Shown piece by piece: positions 17,662 through 27,096 of a DNA stretch of 64,000 bases. Below the pieces are notes generated by a model. It was not told the origin of the DNA and made no database searches. It saw only the letters and a list, made by a program, of their open reading frames with translations. The position numbers were made by a program, and so were the translations under genes. Numbering within the stretch: the first letter of the stretch is position 1; each line of letters begins with the position of its first letter. Source of the DNA: an uncultured bacterium (GTDB taxonomy: Bacteria > Bacteroidota > Bacteroidia > Chitinophagales > CAIODY01); the NCBI GenBank assembly GCA_903857255.1, contig CAIODY010000086.1:7312-71311 (forward strand), written 5' to 3'.

Positions 17662-18669
17662 ATGAATAAACGCATCAAAACTATTCTTCAGTTTTTTATT
17701 TTTTTACTTTTAGGAATAGGCATTGTGTGGTGGATTTTTCACAGAATGAGCGATGAGCAATTGGCACAATGTAAAAATGCTTTGCTCAATGCTAATCCTT
17801 ATTTAATTGCCGCAGCCTTTGCCTGTGGCTTGTTGGCACATTTCATCAGAGCGTTGCGATGGAAATTATTGATGGAGCCGCTGGGCTATCATCCAAAAAT
17901 TGCGAACACTTATGCCGCAGTTTTAATTGGCTATTTAGCCAATTTGGCTTTTCCGAGATTGGGCGAAGTAACTCGTTGTGGTGTGCTGACGAAATATGAA
18001 GAAATTCCTTTTGAAAAAAATTTTGGAACAGTCATCGCCGAGCGAATTTTTGATACACTTTGTTGGTTGGTATTGGTTGTAATAACTGTGCTGATTGAGT
18101 TTGACAGGATTTACGCTTATTTCAAAACAACAATTATTGATACCATTGTGATGAAATGGCAAAACAGCAGCAACTTAAAATGGTTGCTGGTAGTAGGTTT
18201 CATCATTGCTTGTGTGATTGGATTTATTTTCATCAAAAAAGTTTTGAGCCGAAATGAAAAAATAAAATCGTTCATTGAAGGCTTAACAAGCGGATTGAAA
18301 GCTATTTTGAATCTGAAAAAAAAATCAACATTTTTTCTGTACACCATTTTAATTTGGGGCTGTTATTCCTTCACTCAATATCTTGGATTATTGTGTGTAC
18401 AAGAAACATCGCATCTCACATTTTGGGCAGCATTAACTTGCATGTCGTTTGGTAGCTTTGGCTTTGTATTGCCCACCCAAGGCGGATTGGGCGGTTATCA
18501 TGCTATCATTCCACAAGTATTAAAATTGTACAACATCCCCGAAGGAATTGGTTTAGCATCGGCTTGGGTAAACTGGGGTGTGCAACAAATTGCGGTGGTT
18601 GTTGGCGGATTTTTATCTTTCATTTTCTTACCAATTTTTAATAAAAACAAACAAGATGTTGGGGCTTGA
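17662..18669 (+). CDS. flippase-like / lysylphosphatidylglycerol-synthase TM-region family membrane protein (UPF0104)
   Basis: 335 aa with about 8 TM segments. Contains the RALRWKLL and FPRLGEVTRC motifs typical of this family. Confidence 0.65.
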   Translation: MNKRIKTILQFFIFLLLGIGIVWWIFHRMSDEQLAQCKNALLNANPYLIAAAFACGLLAHFIRALRWKLLMEPLGYHPKIANTYAAVLIGYLANLAFPRLGEVTRCGVLTKYEEIPFEKNFGTVIAERIFDTLCWLVLVVITVLIEFDRIYAYFKTTIIDTIVMKWQNSSNLKWLLVVGFIIACVIGFIFIKKVLSRNEKIKSFIEGLTSGLKAILNLKKKSTFFLYTILIWGCYSFTQYLGLLCVQETSHLTFWAALTCMSFGSFGFVLPTQGGLGGYHAIIPQVLKLYNIPEGIGLASAWVNWGVQQIAVVVGGFLSFIFLPIFNKNKQDVGA

Positions 18670-19066
18670 AAAAATTGAACACATTGGCATTGCCGTTAAA
18701 AATTTAGAAGAAAGTAATTTGCTTTTTGAAAAAATTTTAAACACCAAATGTTATAAAATCGAGGAAGTTGAATCAGAGGGTGTTAAAACATCGTTCTTCC
18801 AAAATGGGCCCAATAAAATGGAACTGTTACAAGCCACCAGAGCCGATTCGCCCATTGCTAAGTTTATCGAAAAAAAAGGCGAAGGTATACATCACATCGC
18901 TTTTTCAGTAAAAAATATTAGAGAAGAAATGCAACGCTTAAAGGCAGAAGGTTGTCTATTATTAAATGATGAGCCAAAAGTGGGTGCTGACAACAAATTG
19001 GTTTGTTTTATTCACCCAAAATCGGCAAATGGCGTATTGATTGAATTGTGTCAGGATACAAATTAA
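18656..19066 (+). CDS. mce: methylmalonyl-CoA epimerase (VOC/glyoxalase fold)
   Basis: 136 aa from the ATG at 18656. Contains MLGLEKIEHIGIAVKNLEES, GIHHIAF and HPKSANGVLIELCQ. It overlaps the upstream gene by 14 nt. Confidence 0.85.
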   Translation: MLGLEKIEHIGIAVKNLEESNLLFEKILNTKCYKIEEVESEGVKTSFFQNGPNKMELLQATRADSPIAKFIEKKGEGIHHIAFSVKNIREEMQRLKAEGCLLLNDEPKVGADNKLVCFIHPKSANGVLIELCQDTN

Positions 19067-19168
19067 CAATTAGTAGTGGGTATCTTGTTATGGGAATAAA
19101 AAGCAATATCAAAAGCAAGAATTACTTTTAGGCAAAGAAATTTTTTCTCAATTATATTTTCAAGTCTT

Positions 19169-19588
19169 ATGAAACAAAAAAAATCTTTAGTAGTTATTTT
19201 ATCATACATAGCGGCTGCTATTTTTATTCTGAATGGTGTTTTCAAGATTTTAAATCTTTTCCCTGAATTTGATTTCATGGAAAAAATGAATTTTTCAAAA
19301 CCTGGTTCATACAATCAAACTGCTGCTATCATTGTAGGCATTTTAGAAATTGCAGGCGCAATTGGTTTGTTAATTCAATCGGCAAGAGCAACGGTTAGTT
19401 TCCTTTTAATACTTTTAGTGGTTGGTGCAATTGGTTCTGAAATTGGTGCCGATTTTCATATCATGAGAGTATTGATGCCAGCTGCGGTGTTTGTTTTATT
19501 GGCTGCTATTGCCTATTATGACAACATGATTGCTGCCGAAGAAGAAGAAGAAGAAATTGAACATCGCTTCGATAATGTGAAGCAATAA
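19169..19588 (+). CDS. DoxX-like small membrane protein with an acidic tail
   Basis: 139 aa with 4 hydrophobic helices. The C-terminal run EEEEEE is encoded by (GAA)6. Confidence 0.4.
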   Translation: MKQKKSLVVILSYIAAAIFILNGVFKILNLFPEFDFMEKMNFSKPGSYNQTAAIIVGILEIAGAIGLLIQSARATVSFLLILLVVGAIGSEIGADFHIMRVLMPAAVFVLLAAIAYYDNMIAAEEEEEEIEHRFDNVKQ

Positions 19589-19702
19589 TTATTTGCATTA
19601 AACCTTCCTTTCAATTTACCATCTATCCTTTTTTGAAATTATTTTAGTTTCAATTTAAAATTTCGTTAGCAACGAATTACATTTACTTTTTTGAAAAATT
19701 CA

Positions 19703-22180
19703 ATGACTGGAAAGTTAGCCGCCCTTTTTTTACTCCTCGTTTTCCCAACATTTTTATTTGCTCAAACCAAACAATTGAGTGGGAAAATTATTGATGCACA
19801 AACACAAGAACCAATTGGTTTCGCCACTATATATTTAATTGGAACAACCAATGGCGCAACAGCTGATGCTGCTGGAAATTATAGTTTGCAATACGATGAT
19901 AAATGCGATTCAGTTGAGTTTTCAACCATTGGTTATTCAAAAATAAGAATGAAATTAATTGGTGCACCAACTCAAACTATTAATGTTGAGATGGAACGAG
20001 CATCGTTTTCGTTTAAGGCTGTAACACTGCATCTGGGTCAGGACCCAGCTTATACGCTGTTCAAAAGAATACAATTACATAAGCGTAGAAACGACAAAAA
20101 CCAGCTCATTAATTACAAGTACCTTGTTTACAATAAATTAGAATTGGATGTAGATAAAATTGCTGATAAAGTTAATAGTAGCAAAATGTTAAAGCCATTT
20201 GGCTTCATCAAAAATTACATTGATAGCACTTCGGAAGACAAACCCTTTTTACCAGTTTATCTCACCGAATCGTTAAGCGATTTTTATTATCGCAAAAGCC
20301 CAAAAAATCAGAAAGAAGTTATCAAAGCCACACAAATGGCTGGTGGCACTGATGAAAGTCTTTCACAATTTTTAGGCACGATGTATCAAGATGAAAATTT
20401 GTATGAAAACCGATTGTTGTTGATGGGTGTGTATTTCATCAGCCCAATTGCCAACGGCGGATTGTTTTATTATCATTACAAAATTACTGATACTGCTTTT
20501 ATTGATGGCAGAAAATGTATCAAACTTTCATTTCAACCCAAGCGCACTGGCGAAAATACTTTCATTGGTGAAATGTGGGTGAATGATACTTCGTGGGCAA
20601 TTAAGCAAATTAGCATGACCACTTCGGCTGATGCGAATATTAATTTTGTAAAAAAAATAAGTGTGTTTCAATCATTCTCACCACTCAATGATTCGGTGTG
20701 GATGATGACGAAAGATAAATTCATTGTCAGTTTTAAAACTGGTGGCAAAAGTAAAATTGGAGTGATTGGCAGAAAAACCACTTTGTATAAAAACATTGTG
20801 GTGAACAATCCATTGATTGATACTGCATTTGCTGACCATCAAGATTTAATTTTAGTGCAAGGGGCTGCCAACAAAACCAATGATTTTTGGGCAAATAATC
20901 GCCCTGATTCATTATCGAAAAATGAAAAAAATATTTACAAATTAGTAGATACTATTCAAAAAGTACCAGCCTTCAAGCATTACAAACAATTGTTTACAAC
21001 CCTTGCCACTGGCTATTTTCAAAGCGGTTATTTTTCATACGGACCTTACTATAATATTTTTGCTTTGAATCACATCGAAGGACCACGAGTTGGTTTTGGA
21101 ATTTCAAACAGCGAATTGGTGAGTACCAAATTGTGGCTCAATGCCCAATTTGCTTATGGTTTCACCGATAAAAAAGTGAAGTACGATTTGAATGCTTGGT
21201 ATATTTTTAAAAAATTACCACGAAGTGAATTTAAGATTCGGTATGTGAATGATGTGGTTACTTACAATTTATTAGATGAGCAATTGGGCGAAAATAATTT
21301 GTTCAGTTCGTTGATTCGCAGAGTGCCGTACTATTCAAAACTAACGCATTTAGAAGAAACAAAATTCTCTTTCAACAAAGAATTTAAAAGTGGTTTTGGT
21401 GAAAAAATCACTTTTCAACACAGCTCCATTCATCCTTTTTTTGATAATTATTATTATCCAAATGGTGTGGCTGATGTGAACCCAAGTTTTGTCAACACAC
21501 AAATCACTTTAACCAGTCGATTTGCATATCACGAAAAATTTATTGCTGGTGATTTCCTTCGAGCCAGCATTGGTAGCGATTATCCGATTGTTACTTTTGA
21601 AGTGAAACAAAGTGTGAAAGGATTTTTGAATAGTGAATTCAACTATCAAAAAATAAAATTGCAAATTGATGGCAACAAAAATACCGGCACCATTGGTAGC
21701 TTTTATTATTCAATAAGTGCTGAAAAAGTGTTCGGAAATTTACCGATGATTTTGTTGGATGTATTGCCAGGCAACGATACTTATTATTACGACAAATATT
21801 CTTTCAACAACATGACTCGTTATGAATTTATTGCTGACAGATTAGTAAGTGCTCGATTGTATGAATATTTTGGCGGCTTTCCTTTGACTTATATTCCAGC
21901 CATTAAAAAATTGAAATGGCGTACATTCGTTGGTGGTAAAGCAGTTTGGGGCGACATGAGTGAAGCTAACAAAAAATTAAATGGCTACAGCGATAACAAT
22001 GTTATCAATCCATTTTCAATTCCTAATAAAGAACCTTACATGGAATTAGGCACTGGCATCGAAAATATTTTCAAGGTTTTTCGCTTAGATTTTGTGTGGC
22101 GATTAAATTATTTAGATAAAGCTACTCATCCTTATGCTCAACCATTTGGAATACGTGGAAGCTTGCAAGTTGAATTTTAA
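19703..22180 (+). CDS. carboxypeptidase-regulatory-like domain plus DUF5686-type outer-membrane-associated protein
   Basis: About 825 aa from the ATG at 19703. It has a signal peptide, then GKIIDAQTQEPIGFATIYLIGTTNGATADAAGNYSL (CarboxypepD_reg-like), and ends in an aromatic residue (...LQVEF). Confidence 0.55.
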   Translation: MTGKLAALFLLLVFPTFLFAQTKQLSGKIIDAQTQEPIGFATIYLIGTTNGATADAAGNYSLQYDDKCDSVEFSTIGYSKIRMKLIGAPTQTINVEMERASFSFKAVTLHLGQDPAYTLFKRIQLHKRRNDKNQLINYKYLVYNKLELDVDKIADKVNSSKMLKPFGFIKNYIDSTSEDKPFLPVYLTESLSDFYYRKSPKNQKEVIKATQMAGGTDESLSQFLGTMYQDENLYENRLLLMGVYFISPIANGGLFYYHYKITDTAFIDGRKCIKLSFQPKRTGENTFIGEMWVNDTSWAIKQISMTTSADANINFVKKISVFQSFSPLNDSVWMMTKDKFIVSFKTGGKSKIGVIGRKTTLYKNIVVNNPLIDTAFADHQDLILVQGAANKTNDFWANNRPDSLSKNEKNIYKLVDTIQKVPAFKHYKQLFTTLATGYFQSGYFSYGPYYNIFALNHIEGPRVGFGISNSELVSTKLWLNAQFAYGFTDKKVKYDLNAWYIFKKLPRSEFKIRYVNDVVTYNLLDEQLGENNLFSSLIRRVPYYSKLTHLEETKFSFNKEFKSGFGEKITFQHSSIHPFFDNYYYPNGVADVNPSFVNTQITLTSRFAYHEKFIAGDFLRASIGSDYPIVTFEVKQSVKGFLNSEFNYQKIKLQIDGNKNTGTIGSFYYSISAEKVFGNLPMILLDVLPGNDTYYYDKYSFNNMTRYEFIADRLVSARLYEYFGGFPLTYIPAIKKLKWRTFVGGKAVWGDMSEANKKLNGYSDNNVINPFSIPNKEPYMELGTGIENIFKVFRLDFVWRLNYLDKATHPYAQPFGIRGSLQVEF

Positions 22181-23608
22181 TCAGCGTTTGTTGTTGTTGA
22201 GCGATTCCTCTACTTTATCGCGAAGCCACGAAAGTTCAGTTACATTAATGGATGTTGCCAACTCTGCTTTTAGTTGTATAATTTTTTTTCTGTCAGATGT
22301 TGATACTAATTTTTTTACGTACACCACAAAGTTGTTGTAATGAATTCTAAGATTCTCGGCAATATCTTTTTTTCGCCTAAGCAACATTTTAAAGCTATCT
22401 AAAAGGGCTACCAACGAATCTATTTCTTCCAATTCATAAAATGTTTTTATCAGCGCAACTTTTGCATCCAGCAAATAAAATACATCGTCATATTCCACTT
22501 GCTGCAATAGCTCCAGCACTTTATCATATTCTTTTTTGAAAAAATAAACTCGTGCCATTGAAAAAGTAAAAGCATTTTCTTGGTGTTCAATCGGCAATTG
22601 ATTTTTGTACTCTACAATAAATTTTTCAATCCAATTAAATTCTCCTAATCGCAAACCAGTAGTAATAATATTTTTGTATTCATAAGGGCTTAATTCATTA
22701 TTCACCTGAATCAATTTTTTGGCAAGCGTTTCCTTGTAAATATGAAACAACTCACGGTAATAATTTAACGACCCCGAATTTATTTTTTTGATACAATATT
22801 GAATAGCATGAGCGTACATCTCACGAGCTAAAGGCTTTTCAAAGGATTTACTGTTTTCTAAAAGTAATTTTTTTAGTTGCTGAAAATGTTGTTCGTTTTC
22901 TTTTTCTAATTGCGTTAAAAGAATGTGATAGAAAATATTGATGACAGGAATTTCCTTGTACGAAGTGTTTTTTAGGTGCAATAGTATTTCATCCATCAAT
23001 ACCAAATCAGCATCAATATTGGTGATGTTCTTGTAATGTAAAATTGCACAACAGCATTGCAATTTCATAATCAGGTAATACTTGTCTAAATAGTTCATCA
23101 CACTTTTTAGGTTCTTATCATCTTTTCGGCTATTTAATTTTTCTTGATAATTATTTTGTTCAGCTTCAATTAAATATTGCTGATAATAAAATTCACTATC
23201 GTGTAAAGTTTGCTTCAAATGCTCTGTTTTAGACTGCTTCAGCAAATGTGGCAATTGTGCCATCGCACGTTTTTCATTCATACTTTGCAACACATATACA
23301 TTTTGAAGCGTCTTATTCTGACTGAACTTATGATAAGCCAAAAATCTTTCAGCTTCTTTTAATAAATCAGAACATACTCGGTGAAACTTTGCTTTGTCAT
23401 ATTTCTTGCTCGGAAATATTTTTTTCCAAAGGTCTAATTCAGTTTGTTCAATCGGTTTTGTTTTTTGTAAAGAAGGCAATATTGCTGCAAAGCAGCGAAT
23501 GATGTCATCATTGTAATTAAAATAAATACTTTTCAAAAAATCAGCAAATCGTTGCCGTTCTTGATGCGAAAAAGTTTTCAGCAGTTTAAATACTTTGGAA
23601 TTTTTCAT
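22181..23608 (-). CDS. hypothetical all-helical (TPR-like) protein
   Basis: 475-aa ORF with no signal peptide and a helix-rich, repeat-like composition. No family recognised. Confidence 0.45.
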   Translation of the reverse strand: MKNSKVFKLLKTFSHQERQRFADFLKSIYFNYNDDIIRCFAAILPSLQKTKPIEQTELDLWKKIFPSKKYDKAKFHRVCSDLLKEAERFLAYHKFSQNKTLQNVYVLQSMNEKRAMAQLPHLLKQSKTEHLKQTLHDSEFYYQQYLIEAEQNNYQEKLNSRKDDKNLKSVMNYLDKYYLIMKLQCCCAILHYKNITNIDADLVLMDEILLHLKNTSYKEIPVINIFYHILLTQLEKENEQHFQQLKKLLLENSKSFEKPLAREMYAHAIQYCIKKINSGSLNYYRELFHIYKETLAKKLIQVNNELSPYEYKNIITTGLRLGEFNWIEKFIVEYKNQLPIEHQENAFTFSMARVYFFKKEYDKVLELLQQVEYDDVFYLLDAKVALIKTFYELEEIDSLVALLDSFKMLLRRKKDIAENLRIHYNNFVVYVKKLVSTSDRKKIIQLKAELATSINVTELSWLRDKVEESLNNNKR

Positions 23609-23736
23609 AGTTCAAAAATTAAAGGTTAAATTTGAAAAACAAAAGTATGAAAAAAGTGAGTGCGTAGAATAAAATGAAATTGTTATTGGATGCTGTGTTT
23701 TTATTGAGAATTTTTGTATCATGAAATAGAACCAAC

Positions 23737-26700
23737 ATGAAAAAAATTAGTGCATTTTTATTAATAGTTTTTTGCTTTTGCTACCATGCAAATTCGCAGT
23801 CGTTGCTCAACAGCATGGGCTTTGAAAGCGGTAATTTGACTGCTTGGAATTGCTACACTGGCACTTGCTGCCCCATCAACACTTTAACATTAGGGGTTGT
23901 AAATGGGCGTCATACGGTGGTTTCGGGCAATGGAACAGATGCTTATGGAAATTTTCCAATCGTGTGCCCTTGGGGTGGAAATTTTTCTTTGCGAATTGGA
24001 AACGATACTGCAGGCGCACAAGCCGAGCGTTCAACTTTCGATTTGCATGTTGATTCAAATAATTATTTCATGACGGTTGCTTATGCCGCAGTGGTTCAAT
24101 TAGCTGGGCATTCTTCAACCGTTTCATCCCGATTTTATTTTCGTGTAAAAGATACTTCGGGCAATCTGATTTTCAATTCAGCACAATGTGCGGCATGCAA
24201 TAATATTCCTTATCCAAGCAATTTACAAACCAGTACAATTAATGCAAGCGTTCAATTTTTGCCATGGACACAGCAAGTTGTAAACTTGAAACATTACATT
24301 AATCAGCAAGTAATTTTTGAAGTGATTGCTGGTGATGATTCAACAGGTAATCAATTTGGATATGGCTATTTCGATTTGGTGAGTGCTGGAAATTTAACTG
24401 CCAACGATTCGAGATGTGCTGGCAGCAATAATGTTACAATAATTGCACCATCAGGCTTTGCGGCTTATCAATGGTTTGATGCAAACCATACTTTTTTAAG
24501 CAGCGCACAAAATTTAATCATCAATTCATCCAATTGGCAGGCCTTGGTGGGTAAAAGTTATTATGCGGTTTGTACGCCAACATTGGGCGCAGGAATTATT
24601 GACACTATTTATTGGAACATCAAACCCAATACCAGAGCCATTCCGCAAGGAGGTTTTTCAAATTCGTTGTTGTGTAATAATGTTGGAATTAATTTTTTGG
24701 ATTCATCAATAATAAATAGTGCTGACCCAATTGCTAGCATTCAATGGAATTTTGGTGATGCCTCCAGCGCGAATAATTTAAGTACATTAACTAATCCAAC
24801 GCATCAATATTTGCAAAATGGAAATTATACAGTTACTCAAAATTTGATGAGCATTTATGGATGCAGCAGCTCATTTCAAAAAAATATTTTTATCAACGCT
24901 GCGCCAAAAGCCTTTGCTGGCGCAGATGACAGTGTTTGCACTAATCAATCCATCATTTTAGGAGCAACACCAGCAGCAACAGGTGGCAGCGGAAATTATA
25001 ATTTTCAATGGACAAGCACCGGCAATTTATCCAATGCAACTAGTGCAAATCCTTCAGCAAAATTTATCACACCTTCTATCGCCATTTTAAATGTTACCGA
25101 TAATCAAACACAATGTTTTGCAATTGATTCTGTAAATATTTTTATCACTTCCAATTGCCCCAATCATCCTCCTGTAGCTGTTGATGATGCTGCTTATTTG
25201 GCATATCAGCAAAGCAAACTAATTGCTATTTTGCAAAATGATATTGATAATGATGGCGTTGGTCAATATCAAGGAAATTTAACAACAGCTTCTGTAACTA
25301 TTGTTCCTGCTGCATTTCACGGCACAGTAGTTTTAACGAACAATCAAATTCAGTATACTACTATTTTAGATTCAACCATCAACGATACTATTTATTATGT
25401 GGTTTGTGATAATGGCACACCCAACTTTTGTGATACAGGAATGTTGGTAGTGCATTGTTTCAAATCATTAAAAGTAAATTTGGGCAATGATATTTTGCTT
25501 TGTTATGGCAACTCATCTACTGCCAGCATTTATCCTGTAACTGGCGGCAGTGGCGCATTTCAATATAGTTGGAATCCATCCACAAATTTATCTTGCACCA
25601 ATTGTGCTAATCCACATTTCCAAGATTTAGCCACCACCACTTATCAATTGAAGGTGATTGATTTATTGACACAACAACAAGATTCGGATGCTATAGTTGT
25701 AAAAATCGATTCGCCAAAAATTTCATTAGGCAATGATGTAGCTACCACTTTTAATTTTCCAAACACCACATTACATGCACAAAATTTAGGCTCATCATCA
25801 ATTTTGAATTACACTTGGAATCCGCTTCCATCAGGCATTTGCAACAATTGTGCTAATCCTGTTTATGCACCATCTTCCACTACTAATGTTACTGTTTCAA
25901 TTGTTGATTTAAATGGCTGTTCGGCAACTGATACTGTAATAGTTTACGCCTGTTCTATTGATTGTGTTTACCCAGGCGATGCGGATAAAAATGGTGTTGT
26001 AAATAATTTCGACATCTTCAATCTTGGCTTGGGATATGGCTTTACAGGCGCAGCACGAATTAATCAATCGAATGTTTGGGATGGTTATCCTGCACAGAAC
26101 TGGAATGATACAGTTGCTAATAATTTGAATGCAAAATATGCTGATTGCAATGGCGATGGAATAATTAATGCCAATGATACCAATGCGATAAGCCTCAATT
26201 ATGCCAGTGTTCATGCGGCTTTGACGCAAACTAATCAACTTCCAATTTATGTTACGCTGCCTCATTCTGTTTTACGCGATAGCGCAAGAGTGTATTGCGG
26301 AATTGCAATTGGCGACAATTTAAAAAAAGCTGAAAATGTTTACGGCTTTGCGTTTACATTTCATTTTGACCCATTGGTGGTGGACACAAACACTATTAAT
26401 TTTCAATTGAGCACACCAAATTGGTTGTTTACAGGCAACAACGATTATTTGCAAATCAAAAAATATTATCGCTCAAATGGCTCAATAGATGTGGGTTTTG
26501 TAAGGAATGACCGAATTGGAAAAAGCGGTTTTGGTAATGTGGCAACTGTTACAATTGATATTACAACGGGTAATGTTTCTGGTAAATTATCATCGCTTGT
26601 GAAAGATTATATCATGCATTGCAGCATCAGCGATATTAGAATTATTGATGCTAATGGGAATATTGTTCAATCAGTTGCTTCGCCTGATAGTGCTACCATC

Positions 26701-26988
26701 GAATATACACCAACAGGAATTGCAAACATCGAATGGACTAAAAACGTAGTATTGATGCCAAATCCAGCACAAAACGAATGCAGCATTTCTACATCAGCTG
26801 ATGTTTATTTGAAAGAAATAATTATGCAAAATGTGTTGGGCGAAACTATGCGAACACTGAAATTTGAACACAATAACAATCAGCAACAAGTTTCATTATT
26901 TACTCAAAATCTTCCGAATGGAATTTATTTGGTCAACATTATCACCAATAAAGGAAAAGCTGTGAAAAGCTTGCTGATTCAGCATTAG
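23737..26988 (+). CDS. large secreted multidomain T9SS cargo protein (PKD, SprB-like repeats, cadherin/tandem-95-like, dockerin-like pair, cohesin-like, T9SS C-terminal sorting domain)
   Basis: 1083 aa with a signal peptide. PKD-like: IQWNFGDAS...HQYLQNGNYTVT. GGSGxYxYxW-type modules occur three times. Cadherin-like: PPVAVDDAAY...LQNDIDNDG. Ca-loop pairs: DADKNGVVNNFD and DCNGDGIINAND. The C-terminus is LMPNPAQNECSIS...GIYLVNIITNKGKAVKSLLIQH. Confidence 0.8.
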   Translation: MKKISAFLLIVFCFCYHANSQSLLNSMGFESGNLTAWNCYTGTCCPINTLTLGVVNGRHTVVSGNGTDAYGNFPIVCPWGGNFSLRIGNDTAGAQAERSTFDLHVDSNNYFMTVAYAAVVQLAGHSSTVSSRFYFRVKDTSGNLIFNSAQCAACNNIPYPSNLQTSTINASVQFLPWTQQVVNLKHYINQQVIFEVIAGDDSTGNQFGYGYFDLVSAGNLTANDSRCAGSNNVTIIAPSGFAAYQWFDANHTFLSSAQNLIINSSNWQALVGKSYYAVCTPTLGAGIIDTIYWNIKPNTRAIPQGGFSNSLLCNNVGINFLDSSIINSADPIASIQWNFGDASSANNLSTLTNPTHQYLQNGNYTVTQNLMSIYGCSSSFQKNIFINAAPKAFAGADDSVCTNQSIILGATPAATGGSGNYNFQWTSTGNLSNATSANPSAKFITPSIAILNVTDNQTQCFAIDSVNIFITSNCPNHPPVAVDDAAYLAYQQSKLIAILQNDIDNDGVGQYQGNLTTASVTIVPAAFHGTVVLTNNQIQYTTILDSTINDTIYYVVCDNGTPNFCDTGMLVVHCFKSLKVNLGNDILLCYGNSSTASIYPVTGGSGAFQYSWNPSTNLSCTNCANPHFQDLATTTYQLKVIDLLTQQQDSDAIVVKIDSPKISLGNDVATTFNFPNTTLHAQNLGSSSILNYTWNPLPSGICNNCANPVYAPSSTTNVTVSIVDLNGCSATDTVIVYACSIDCVYPGDADKNGVVNNFDIFNLGLGYGFTGAARINQSNVWDGYPAQNWNDTVANNLNAKYADCNGDGIINANDTNAISLNYASVHAALTQTNQLPIYVTLPHSVLRDSARVYCGIAIGDNLKKAENVYGFAFTFHFDPLVVDTNTINFQLSTPNWLFTGNNDYLQIKKYYRSNGSIDVGFVRNDRIGKSGFGNVATVTIDITTGNVSGKLSSLVKDYIMHCSISDIRIIDANGNIVQSVASPDSATIEYTPTGIANIEWTKNVVLMPNPAQNECSISTSADVYLKEIIMQNVLGETMRTLKFEHNNNQQQVSLFTQNLPNGIYLVNIITNKGKAVKSLLIQH

Positions 26989-27096
26989 AAGCAGTTTTTA
27001 TTTGTCATTTAAAACGTTATTTAACAATTCATTATTGCTTGCTCTACAATTTTTTGTGTTGTAGTTCGTCTTATTCCAAACTATCTTGCAAAAAAA

